IMG/VR virus record: IMGVR_UViG_3300030104_003092 | Length of the DNA: 64,000 nucleotides | From: an uncultured virus (IMG/VR IMGVR_UViG_3300030104_003092) | Lineage: Duplodnaviria; Heunggongvirae; Uroviricota; Caudoviricetes | Reading direction: 5' to 3' (one strand) | Part shown: in pieces, positions 48,429 through 57,027 of the stretch | Position numbering within the stretch: position 1 is the stretch's first letter | Layout: each line of letters starts with the position of its first letter | Translations under genes and position numbers: made by a program | Notes under the pieces: model-generated | Seen by the model: only the letters and a program-made list of their open reading frames with translations | Databases searched by the model: none | Told to the model about the DNA's origin: nothing

Positions 48429-49961
48429 CTATATTACTCTTGAGATTCTTACGTAATGAACATGAAGAACATCTATTGTTGCTGCTAAACTTTGTATACC
48501 TATATAAGGAAGTAAATTAGCACTAGCAGTCATTGCTAAAGATTTTGTTGTTGCTACAGATTGAGTTGCACCACCTGCTGTTGCAGTTGTAACTAAACCA
48601 TATTGAACACCATTTACAAATACACTAATTTGTCTGTTCCCATCAAAAGAAATTTTTAATTTATAAACGGTGCTAGCAGTAACTGTTATTCCTAAATCTG
48701 TTATATAATCAGTACCTGCTACACTGTATATAAAGTGAAGGTTAGCATTAGTAGTTAAGGTTCCTAAATCATCATCTGTAGCGTATAAAAAATAAGCTTT
48801 ATCATCTTGATCTGCAATAGTACCACGATCTGTCCCTAAATTAAGTCCAGCAAATATAGCTTGGCTTGTAATACCTGTATGAGTAGAAAAACCTATATTA
48901 AGATCTATTTGATCACTAGGTGTAAAAAGTACATTTCTCCAAGGAGTAACATTACCTATAGTAGTATTATTACCTAAATTAGATTTTTTAGGTCTAAGAA
49001 TCATTTGATCATTATCAGCTCCATTAGTAAAAAACTTAACACCTGGTTTAGCTCCACCGTATTGCATCAATGAATCTATAGAGTTAGTCCCAGACATAAA
49101 CCAATTAGGATTAACTATAATATGAGGATCTATTGTAATTTGAATTGTAAAGGTCATACTAGCAATGTCAACACCAGTATTAGCTATTCTAATCTTACAA
49201 GACCCATCTGCTACATCATAAGCTGTTACAACAACACTAGCATTATCAGCTATAGTGGCACTGGTGTCAACAAGAATAGCCTGCACATAAGACTTAGAGT
49301 ATATCATGTCACTGTTAAAGGTAAACTCTTGAGAGTCATTAGCAGCTAAGTCATTAGCTACTGTAGTAATTCTAGCTAATTTAGTGTGACTAGTTACAGC
49401 ATTTGTTGCAGATGAAGCTTGAGTTATTTCAGTTTCTTGTATATCTTTATAAGGCATATCTTTAAAATACTCATCAAGATTATACCTATCTTCAGCTTCA
49501 GTTAAAACACCTGATATACTAAGGTTACCACTTTGATCTAACTTCATTGTATTAGCACCATTAGTACCAAAAAACATAGAGTTAGTAGAGTGGTCGTAGG
49601 TTATAAGGCCTACATCATTATCGTCTGTATCCCCAAAGAATATATTACCTGATGAAGAAGATCCTGATAAAATAGACAAACCTGCATCAGATGAGTTTTC
49701 TAAAGTTAAAAGATTTGCAGACGTATTAGATGTTACAGATCCTGCACTTACAGACATCACATGAAGTAAACCATCAGGAGTTAAACCCCCTGTACCAATA
49801 CCTACTTTTAAAAACTCTGCTTTATCTGTAGATAAATTCATAGCAACTGAATTACCAGCACCAGTTTCTACAGAACGTAAATTTGTATCTGTTATTTCAG
49901 CAGAAGTTTGTATTAAATTTTTATATGTAGATGATATTGACTTTCCTTTTAACGTAGACAT
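48429..49961 (-). CDS. Tail fibre-like structural protein
   Basis: KVGIGT..P..LLHV fibre motif; S/T/G-rich; C-terminal lectin-like beta domain. Confidence 0.65.
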   Translation of the reverse strand: MSTLKGKSISSTYKNLIQTSAEITDTNLRSVETGAGNSVAMNLSTDKAEFLKVGIGTGGLTPDGLLHVMSVSAGSVTSNTSANLLTLENSSDAGLSILSGSSSSGNIFFGDTDDNDVGLITYDHSTNSMFFGTNGANTMKLDQSGNLSISGVLTEAEDRYNLDEYFKDMPYKDIQETEITQASSATNAVTSHTKLARITTVANDLAANDSQEFTFNSDMIYSKSYVQAILVDTSATIADNASVVVTAYDVADGSCKIRIANTGVDIASMTFTIQITIDPHIIVNPNWFMSGTNSIDSLMQYGGAKPGVKFFTNGADNDQMILRPKKSNLGNNTTIGNVTPWRNVLFTPSDQIDLNIGFSTHTGITSQAIFAGLNLGTDRGTIADQDDKAYFLYATDDDLGTLTTNANLHFIYSVAGTDYITDLGITVTASTVYKLKISFDGNRQISVFVNGVQYGLVTTATAGGATQSVATTKSLAMTASANLLPYIGIQSLAATIDVLHVHYVRISRVI

Positions 49962-49962
49962 T

Positions 49963-50349
49963 TTAATTTTTCTTTATTTTTTCTATAGACCTACCAGCAA
50001 AGTAAGCTCCATATACTGTTATTAATAAGGTTTGATATATAGGAATGTAACTCTCTTGTATAGTAAATCCTCCTACATTCCCATCAAACACTGACAAAAC
50101 TACAAAAATTGCAGTTAAAAATATACATATCAGTGGTCTAATATTTTTAGATAGCCAGTTGTCAGACTTCATATCAGCCTCCCAACGTCTTGTAACTTGT
50201 TCTTGAGCTTGAGCTTCAGCTTTCATAAGAACCTCTTCCATAGCCTGTTTAGCAGCTAAACGTTCTTCTTCTGATGTAGATAAATTATCTACAACATTAC
50301 CAAGCTTTTCAATTACTCCTCCACCTAAAAAATTTAACAACTTACTCAT
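49963..50349 (-). CDS. Holin, GTA 3TM-like family
   Basis: RWEADMKSDNWLSKNIRP, two TM segments, AYFAGRSIEK; next to endolysin. Confidence 0.8.
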   Translation of the reverse strand: MSKLLNFLGGGVIEKLGNVVDNLSTSEEERLAAKQAMEEVLMKAEAQAQEQVTRRWEADMKSDNWLSKNIRPLICIFLTAIFVVLSVFDGNVGGFTIQESYIPIYQTLLITVYGAYFAGRSIEKIKKN

Positions 50350-50801
50350 ACCTCTGCAAATTTATATTTAGTTCTTCCCTTATCATCTTTGTAAGCTTCA
50401 AGAACTTCACTTCTATTGTTATTTTTCTTTAGAGATATGTGTATCCAAGAGAAATCAAACTCATTTATCATCTGATCAAACTCTAAACCTGAATCTAAAA
50501 TCCAATCATAGATAAACTTATTATTCATTTTTCCATCACTCCAGTATTGCAGGTCCAAAGCTTGAGCTTTGCTATGCTGACTGCGAGATGATCCACCAAT
50601 AGCTTTATTGAGTTGTGGACTACGATAACCACTACTAATACGAATAGGACCAACACCGTCCCTAAGAGGTTGTATGAGGTTGTCAATAAGGTTTTGCATA
50701 TTTTCCAAATGTTCCTGAGACATCTCATTTTTTATTCCTAATCTTTTAGCTGTGTTGCTGTGCTCAATTTCTGCACGAGAAAAGTTTTTACTTAGTTTCA
50801 T
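50346..50801 (-). CDS. Peptidase M15A-family endolysin
   Basis: LSKNFS..E, ISSGYRS..LN..IGG...SQH..A.D, WIHIS. Confidence 0.9.
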   Translation of the reverse strand: MKLSKNFSRAEIEHSNTAKRLGIKNEMSQEHLENMQNLIDNLIQPLRDGVGPIRISSGYRSPQLNKAIGGSSRSQHSKAQALDLQYWSDGKMNNKFIYDWILDSGLEFDQMINEFDFSWIHISLKKNNNRSEVLEAYKDDKGRTKYKFAEV

Positions 50802-50810
50802 AATTCATTT

Positions 50811-51146
50811 TTAAAACGCTTCCATGACTATTTCATCTATAGAGTCTTGAACTTCTTTCTTAGTAGCCTCCATAGTCATCATTATATTTGCTTGAAATCT
50901 TTTTACCTCCTCGTTGTTATTTAAAACAAGTAGTGTAGGCACTACTACTATCTTATACTCGTTTGCCCACCTAGAGTCTGCTGCAATATCAACTCTCTTT
51001 GTTTCGCAATCAGTTAACTTAGTTAACCAAGGAACTTTATTGGCATCATTAAAACTAGCGTTAAACTCTACTACACATAAACCATCAGGAAAGTCTTGTC
51101 CAAAACTTAAAATTGGTAGTAGTAGAAAAAATAAAACTTTTTTCAT
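50811..51146 (-). CDS. Exported thioredoxin-fold protein lacking CxxC
   Basis: Signal peptide SFG|Q; VVEFNASFN replaces the WCxxC motif; RVDI..YKIVVVPTL..EEVKRF. Confidence 0.75.
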   Translation of the reverse strand: MKKVLFFLLLPILSFGQDFPDGLCVVEFNASFNDANKVPWLTKLTDCETKRVDIAADSRWANEYKIVVVPTLLVLNNNEEVKRFQANIMMTMEATKKEVQDSIDEIVMEAF

Positions 51147-51151
51147 AACAA

Positions 51152-51436
51152 TTATTTTAGTTGATCAATCTTATCCTCCATCCTCAGCATTTGCGTTTTT
51201 ATTTCTTTTACGTCATCTTGAGTCGTCATAATAGTTTGACGTATAAGTTGATCCTTCATGTCATACTCCATTCGAGTAATCTCTGGGTCTGGAGGTAATG
51301 GTAGTTTTTTAGCTTCTGCTATATCGCCTTGAAGTACAAACCAACCACTAATTACTGCAGCCATTAAAACACCTATGCCAGCTAAAGTTTTTAAACTTAC
51401 CTGTACTGCTGTATCTTCATTTAATTCTTTTGCCAT
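51152..51436 (-). CDS. Small single-TM protein with C-terminal coiled coil
   Basis: LAGIGVLMAAVISGWFVL; ITRMEYDMKDQLIR. Confidence 0.7.
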   Translation of the reverse strand: MAKELNEDTAVQVSLKTLAGIGVLMAAVISGWFVLQGDIAEAKKLPLPPDPEITRMEYDMKDQLIRQTIMTTQDDVKEIKTQMLRMEDKIDQLK

Positions 51437-51438
51437 TT

Positions 51439-52473
51439 TTAAAATATTACATAATTAATTCCTACACTGAAGTTGTGCCAATCTCTGTTCCAATATTTAT
51501 TATATCTTCCTTCCACAAATATACCTAAACTTTTATTAAATCTATAACCAAATATTAAACCCCCTGAATAATCAACCCACTGACCACCATTATACTTATG
51601 ATAAGAGTATGTGTTTTTAGTGTCTAAGTGGTATGGCATAAGGTTTCCCCAAGTATGAAACCAAAAATCTTTTGTAAAATGATAATAATCTAAACCTAAA
51701 ACAAAAGAGTACTCAACAATACTAGATATAGAACTTCTTTGTTTTTCTACATAATTATTTATAACTTGTGGTATAACAACTTCTTCCCAAACAGCTTGAC
51801 TGTTTGCTACAACATCACCACTAGGTGAAGAGTATTCTCCATCTAGACTAATAGAATACCCCTCTTGAAGAGCTAGGTATGTATAATGAAGAGTTCCATT
51901 ATCTAGTACCCAGTCTTCTAAAGGATTAAAGCCATAAGGTTCGGCAAGTCTTTGCACAAAACCCCCGTTAAAAGAAAGCTTACCGTCCCTTATCTTTAAT
52001 CTAAATCTCTCTGAAGCCTCAAAGTATTTTATATCAGCAAAACCGTCCTCAAGATACTCTATCTTTGTCACCCACTTATCTGCAACATATCTTACAAAGT
52101 GATGTTGGTTTGTGTAATTAATACCTAATCGCCTAACAAAGTCAGCCTCAAATAAATATTCAAAGCCAGATAACCGACCTAATGTTGCAGCGTCTGAGTA
52201 CGAGTTCTCTGTACCGTTATAGAATGTGTTTGCTCTATTTTCGTATCCAAATCTTTTTATCTTCCTGATACCTATAGACATACTATAATCAAAAGGAGTT
52301 TCAATAACTTCTTCTTCTAACGAGCCTGAAGTAACTGACCACACTTGATTGTCAGATAAAGATGTACCACCATTTACAGCAGCATAAAATGTAGAGTATT
52401 TAAATATGTTATGTAAACCTTGAGATAAGCAGGTGGTTGAAATAAGAAGAAATAATACTAGTAGCCTTTTCAT
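51439..52473 (-). CDS. Putative outer-membrane beta-barrel protein
   Basis: Signal peptide CLS|Q, amphipathic aromatic strands, C-terminal FSVGINYVIF beta-signal. Confidence 0.75.
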   Translation of the reverse strand: MKRLLVLFLLISTTCLSQGLHNIFKYSTFYAAVNGGTSLSDNQVWSVTSGSLEEEVIETPFDYSMSIGIRKIKRFGYENRANTFYNGTENSYSDAATLGRLSGFEYLFEADFVRRLGINYTNQHHFVRYVADKWVTKIEYLEDGFADIKYFEASERFRLKIRDGKLSFNGGFVQRLAEPYGFNPLEDWVLDNGTLHYTYLALQEGYSISLDGEYSSPSGDVVANSQAVWEEVVIPQVINNYVEKQRSSISSIVEYSFVLGLDYYHFTKDFWFHTWGNLMPYHLDTKNTYSYHKYNGGQWVDYSGGLIFGYRFNKSLGIFVEGRYNKYWNRDWHNFSVGINYVIF

Positions 52474-54752
52474 TTCTTTAATACTTTTGTTGTGTTAGTT
52501 CTACCCTCGTATGTTACCTTAAAACTATATACACCCGAAGGTAATAAGCTTACATCTAGTTGGTTTAAGCCTTTATGTGTTTGATTTGTTTTTATTTTTA
52601 TAACAAGCTTACCTGTTATATCGTAAGCTTTTATAGATACAGGTCCGTTTGTTAATATGTTTAATACGTTCCCCATAGGGTTAGGATACATAACTATGTT
52701 GTGCCCTCTAAGTAAATCCCTTGTATCTAATGGACTATCTCCACTACAATGCCAATATAGTTGTTGACATTTATCATCCCAACTATTATTACAACAATAA
52801 GGGTCAACCATAATTACCCAAGAATAACAAGTGTCATTTGACCAGTATGGAATACCAGGGCCACCAACACAACCTGCATCATATAAACAATCAGCTTCTG
52901 TGTTAGCAAACGCTTCATAATTGTAGGCGTTAACATCCATACAGCCCTCAACAATCATTTCGCATTCATCTTCAGAGTTTGCAAAAGGGTCATAGTTAAA
53001 CGCAGAACTATCCATACAGCCATATATAAATGGAACACAACTAAAGTCTTCCGTATTAGCTTCCTCATTATAATTGTATGCTTCTGGGTCTGTACAGCCA
53101 AGAATTGTAGTAAAACAAGCTCCTTCAAGTTCTATATTTGCAACAGGATCATAATTGTCAGCCATAGGGTCCATGCATCCAAAATATAAACAAGAGCTAT
53201 CCGATACATTTGCTGCGTCATTAAAATTCCAAGCTACAGGATTCATACAACCATAAACAAAAGATTCGCACTCTTCGTTATCTACATTTGCTAAAGAATC
53301 ATAATTAAAAGCTAACTCGTTGGTACAACCCTCAACTACAGGAATACAATACCCATAATCTGTATTAGCTTCAGGATTGTAGTTAAAAGCTTCAGGGTCC
53401 ATACATCCCTCTACTACATCTATACAGTAGTCACCACAGTAGGGTAGTGCTGTGTATACGTTCCAAAATGGTGGCTCAAAAGGTTGAAGAGCTCCTTGAC
53501 CATTTAAAGCAAAAGGATTGCTGCCACCTGATATTAATAAGTCTAAATTGTCATTAAACAAGAAAAAAGAGTTATGCATAGTTTGAAACTCTAACTCTTC
53601 TTGTGGGACTTGTGGTGGACCAACTTCAAAGTATCTAATTTGAACAGACATATCTGTTCTTAAGTATAACCACTTAACCTCTTCATATATTCCAGGACCT
53701 AAGGTGTATACACCAATCAAACTATCACCTTGTGTAATAACTAAATGAGAGTCACCCCATCCGTCACCACCATCATCATTAATAACTAACCTGTACTCAC
53801 ATACAGGAACTATATCGTTTAGTGTAGCTAAAGAGTCGTAATTAAAAGAAGTCCAGTTTATACAACCCACAACATGTTCTGTTTGACAACTACCGTCATC
53901 TACCTGAGCAAAAGGATTAAACTCCATGTAATTATTATCCATGCACCCATACTCTATTGGAATATCACAATGCTCTAGTTGTATTACTCCTGAGTATGCT
54001 ACGGACCCAAAGTTTGCGTCAGGTAGTTCCCATATAACATCAGGGCTACCACAAGGCTCTAAGTCTCCAAGTATAACAAATCTACCATCGTCATTTTGAT
54101 TACCCATAGACCCAACCATACCATCGCCATAAGTATCACTTAGTATAAGTTCTACCCCCGCTTCAGGTACGCATAATTGATAAGGTATTGTTGTGTTTGC
54201 TTGGTCGTAAGAATACTCTCCAGCTTGAACGCTTTCAACTGGTTGACCTGTAGATATATCGGTAAGAATCCACCCTGTCTCTCCAGGATATTGATCTAGT
54301 GTAACTTCTAATAGCATTTTAGCTTCACCATCGCTACACTCTAAATTAGCACACCCTCCATTGTCTACCTCAGCTAAAGGATTGTAGTTTATAGCCTCTG
54401 GATCTGTGCAGCCTACTATTGGTAACTCGCATGAGCCATCATCTATGGTAGCTTCAGGAACAAAGTTCCAGGCAATAAAATTCATACAGCCATAAATAGT
54501 ATCTAGTATAGGTAAAGGACAGTCGCCATCATCAAAGTTAAACTCAGGGCAGTTAAAGTAAATATCATTTCCACCCCAAGAGTAAGCACCGTCATCACAG
54601 AATCCATCTCCTACCCAACCTAAAATACCAGACACGTCATTACCAATACAGTCTACAATACTATCTGGAATACTATCTGGAATTAATGGTAGGGGTTGAG
54701 ATTTAACATTTAGGGATATTAAAAATAATATCGGGATGATTTTTTTTAGCAT
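52470..54752 (-). CDS. Cys/Asp-rich repeat protein with type IX secretion type-A C-terminal domain
   Basis: Signal peptide VKS|Q; 11 GC[MTI][DN]..A.N[YF] repeats; CTD YPNP..YDITGKLV..LPSGVY..KVLKK. Confidence 0.9.
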   Translation of the reverse strand: MLKKIIPILFLISLNVKSQPLPLIPDSIPDSIVDCIGNDVSGILGWVGDGFCDDGAYSWGGNDIYFNCPEFNFDDGDCPLPILDTIYGCMNFIAWNFVPEATIDDGSCELPIVGCTDPEAINYNPLAEVDNGGCANLECSDGEAKMLLEVTLDQYPGETGWILTDISTGQPVESVQAGEYSYDQANTTIPYQLCVPEAGVELILSDTYGDGMVGSMGNQNDDGRFVILGDLEPCGSPDVIWELPDANFGSVAYSGVIQLEHCDIPIEYGCMDNNYMEFNPFAQVDDGSCQTEHVVGCINWTSFNYDSLATLNDIVPVCEYRLVINDDGGDGWGDSHLVITQGDSLIGVYTLGPGIYEEVKWLYLRTDMSVQIRYFEVGPPQVPQEELEFQTMHNSFFLFNDNLDLLISGGSNPFALNGQGALQPFEPPFWNVYTALPYCGDYCIDVVEGCMDPEAFNYNPEANTDYGYCIPVVEGCTNELAFNYDSLANVDNEECESFVYGCMNPVAWNFNDAANVSDSSCLYFGCMDPMADNYDPVANIELEGACFTTILGCTDPEAYNYNEEANTEDFSCVPFIYGCMDSSAFNYDPFANSEDECEMIVEGCMDVNAYNYEAFANTEADCLYDAGCVGGPGIPYWSNDTCYSWVIMVDPYCCNNSWDDKCQQLYWHCSGDSPLDTRDLLRGHNIVMYPNPMGNVLNILTNGPVSIKAYDITGKLVIKIKTNQTHKGLNQLDVSLLPSGVYSFKVTYEGRTNTTKVLKK

Positions 54753-55285
54753 TTCCATCGTCTTCGTGCTTGTCGGATTCTTGAGTTAGGGTCGTTTTGA
54801 GTTTTTTGACTGCTACGCTTTAATTGACCTAGTGATCTAGCACAATATGACTTTCGTCTTTTAGCTGATTTACTACCAGGTTTTACTTTACCAGTTACAG
54901 CAGTTTTAAGTTTACTACCAGGATTAGCACGCCTGTAAGCTTTGACACCCTTTTGCGTCATACCAGCTCCAGATTTTGTAGGTCTAAAGTTCCCAGACTT
55001 AATACTAGTCTTTATACCCATACCTTTTTTAGCTTTCTTAACTGCTTTCACCTTTTTCTTTTTATATCTTGACACTCTACCTTTAGTATCTTTCTCTATT
55101 TGAGCTCTACGTTTTTCTCCAGGAGACAGTTCACTCCAAGTAGTAGGTGTATCCTTTGTTATTCTTTTAGTAGGGCGAAAAGTATTTTCTCCACCCTTGT
55201 AACCTTTCTTGCCTTTGGGTGTACGCCAGTCTTCTTTGAACCAACGTTTCAGTCGTAAACCTGCTGCCGTCTTTCTAACTGCCAT
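54746..55285 (-). CDS. Basic phage protein, apparent two-motif fusion
   Basis: LKRWFKEDW..RPTKRI..TP.T plus NPGSKLK..RRKSYCARS..ARRRWKC. Confidence 0.75.
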   Translation of the reverse strand: MAVRKTAAGLRLKRWFKEDWRTPKGKKGYKGGENTFRPTKRITKDTPTTWSELSPGEKRRAQIEKDTKGRVSRYKKKKVKAVKKAKKGMGIKTSIKSGNFRPTKSGAGMTQKGVKAYRRANPGSKLKTAVTGKVKPGSKSAKRRKSYCARSLGQLKRSSQKTQNDPNSRIRQARRRWKC

Positions 55286-55494
55286 TACTTTTTCTTTTTC
55301 TTACCACCTTCACCCCAGTTAGCAGCACCTACTTTTCTGCACTTAGCCATAGCACCACTTCTGTAAGCTGAAGTCTTAGGTCCATATCTAGACACTACCT
55401 TGTGATAGCAAGCATCTTTTACAGAGCCACCCTTCTTCATGCTTTTAACTTTTTTCTTTCGTTTTACAGCTTTACAAGTGCAGTGTTTTTTCAT
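55285..55494 (-). CDS. Small basic phage protein
   Basis: DACYHKV..RY..SAY.SGA..KCRK.GA.NWG. Confidence 0.75.
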   Translation of the reverse strand: MKKHCTCKAVKRKKKVKSMKKGGSVKDACYHKVVSRYGPKTSAYRSGAMAKCRKVGAANWGEGGKKKKK

Positions 55495-55691
55495 TACGTT
55501 CCTACTTTTCTTTGAGCTTTTTTGTGAGATTGTCCAAATGTTGCTCCACCTTTCATAGCTTTAACCATTGCAGCTATATGTTTTTTAGTGTGATGAACTG
55601 AATGTTTTTGAAGTGTTTTTGCCTGTCTTGAAGTAAGACCTTCTGTACTTACACCTTTAACAGGTTTGTTTTTTTTAATTGCTTTAGCCAT
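55494..55691 (-). CDS. Small basic His-rich phage protein
   Basis: KHSVHHTKKH..M..G.TF..SHKKA..KVG; start moved to MAKAIKK. Confidence 0.75.
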   Translation of the reverse strand: MAKAIKKNKPVKGVSTEGLTSRQAKTLQKHSVHHTKKHIAAMVKAMKGGATFGQSHKKAQRKVGT

Positions 55692-55695
55692 AATT

Positions 55696-55908
55696 TTATT
55701 TTTTTGCAAATTTCTCTACCCCAGAAATACCAAACGAGCCTAACACAACCCACACGAAGGAGTCGTATACAAACTCGTTTATTACTAGGTCTGATCCAAC
55801 CCACCCTGTAACAAGATCAGCTACCATTATCATACACATTATAGCAAAGGCTATAAATCCTACGATAGCTTTCTCGTTCCAGTTGTTGTCGTTTTTAAAA
55901 ATCTCCAT
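55696..55908 (-). CDS. Small two-TM membrane protein, holin-like
   Basis: Two hydrophobic segments, GSFGISGVEKF end. Confidence 0.65.
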   Translation of the reverse strand: MEIFKNDNNWNEKAIVGFIAFAIMCMIMVADLVTGWVGSDLVINEFVYDSFVWVVLGSFGISGVEKFAKK

Positions 55909-55910
55909 AA

Positions 55911-56603
55911 TTAAGCACACTCAAACCCAAATATTAGGGTTATTGGGTTTATATTATATAGATCTTTATTATTTACTGTTGCATTTGATAAATTTGCAGT
56001 CATAGTCATTTGAGTAGAACTATCTACTGTTTTAACAGTACCCATAGCTCTATCATTCTCATCATGTAAAACATCACCAGCAGCAAAATTAATTTGAGCA
56101 GATGTAGTCTTTACAGTTAGAACAGCTTGACTAGTAGCCTGAACACCATCACATTGAACTGTAGACGTAAAATCAAAAGCACCATTTGCAATACCACCAA
56201 CATATATAGACTCACCACTATCTGCAGCTACAATTAAGTCTGGCTTTGCAGCAGAACTATTTGTTATTGCAAAAGTATCCAATCCATCGCCATAATCAGT
56301 AGCAAGAATTTTGTGTCCTCCTATTATATTATTGCTAGGAAACATTGATGCTGTAGCATTTATTGTACCTAAAGAGTTTTCTGAACTCGACTTAGAAAAG
56401 ACTAAATCTAAAGCAACCTCTTGTCTAGCACCATTTGTACCTCTAACTACAGCAGTAACAGATACTAACCTACTAGTGCCTCTATCTACAGGAACTTCCG
56501 TAAAAGGAAACAATACATCTCCATCTGCAAAAGCTGTATCGTGCATTAAAGATGCTGTTATTGTAGGCTTAACCGTTACTGAATAAAATTTTCTTCCAGC
56601 CAT
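55911..56603 (-). CDS. Hypothetical beta-rich structural protein
   Basis: First gene after the late leftward promoter; S/T/A-rich. Confidence 0.6.
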   Translation of the reverse strand: MAGRKFYSVTVKPTITASLMHDTAFADGDVLFPFTEVPVDRGTSRLVSVTAVVRGTNGARQEVALDLVFSKSSSENSLGTINATASMFPSNNIIGGHKILATDYGDGLDTFAITNSSAAKPDLIVAADSGESIYVGGIANGAFDFTSTVQCDGVQATSQAVLTVKTTSAQINFAAGDVLHDENDRAMGTVKTVDSSTQMTMTANLSNATVNNKDLYNINPITLIFGFECA

Positions 56604-56635
56604 TATTTTTTATTTTAAATTTTTTATTTTATACG

Positions 56636-56681
56636 CAAATGTAATGATAATTTTTTAATTATAATAAAATTATTATCTTTG
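56636..56681. promoter_or_regulatory. Divergent pair of -7 promoter elements
   Basis: TACATTTG on minus (56643-56636) and TATCTTTG on plus (56674-56681) in an AT-rich gap. Confidence 0.8.
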
Positions 56682-56701
56682 ACCTAATTTAATCTAAGCT
56701 A

Positions 56702-57025
56702 ATGAGGAATTACCTGAAGTATCTAAGTGATACCCTGTACTCCTTCCAAAGAAAGTATGACCTCACAGATAATCAAATGAGGTTTCTTCTTTTTATAAAT
56801 GACGAGAAGGAATCTTTTACTAAGAGGTTTGTAAGGGAGAATATGTATGTTAGCAAAAATTTCATAGATAGATTCTTTCCTGAACTAGTAAAAAGAGACT
56901 ACGTGTTTGTCTTTGAAAAACGAGCCTGGAACTCAAACCAACCTAACCAGTATCGTGTAACAAGTAAAACTAAAAGGTTGGTAAACAAATTTTATAACGT
57001 CCTTGAAGGGACAGAAGAAATATAA
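56702..57025 (+). CDS. MarR-like winged-helix regulator
   Basis: YDLTDNQMRFLLFI..LVKRDYV..YRVTSK.K pattern. Confidence 0.65.
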   Translation: MRNYLKYLSDTLYSFQRKYDLTDNQMRFLLFINDEKESFTKRFVRENMYVSKNFIDRFFPELVKRDYVFVFEKRAWNSNQPNQYRVTSKTKRLVNKFYNVLEGTEEI

Positions 57026-57027
57026 AA

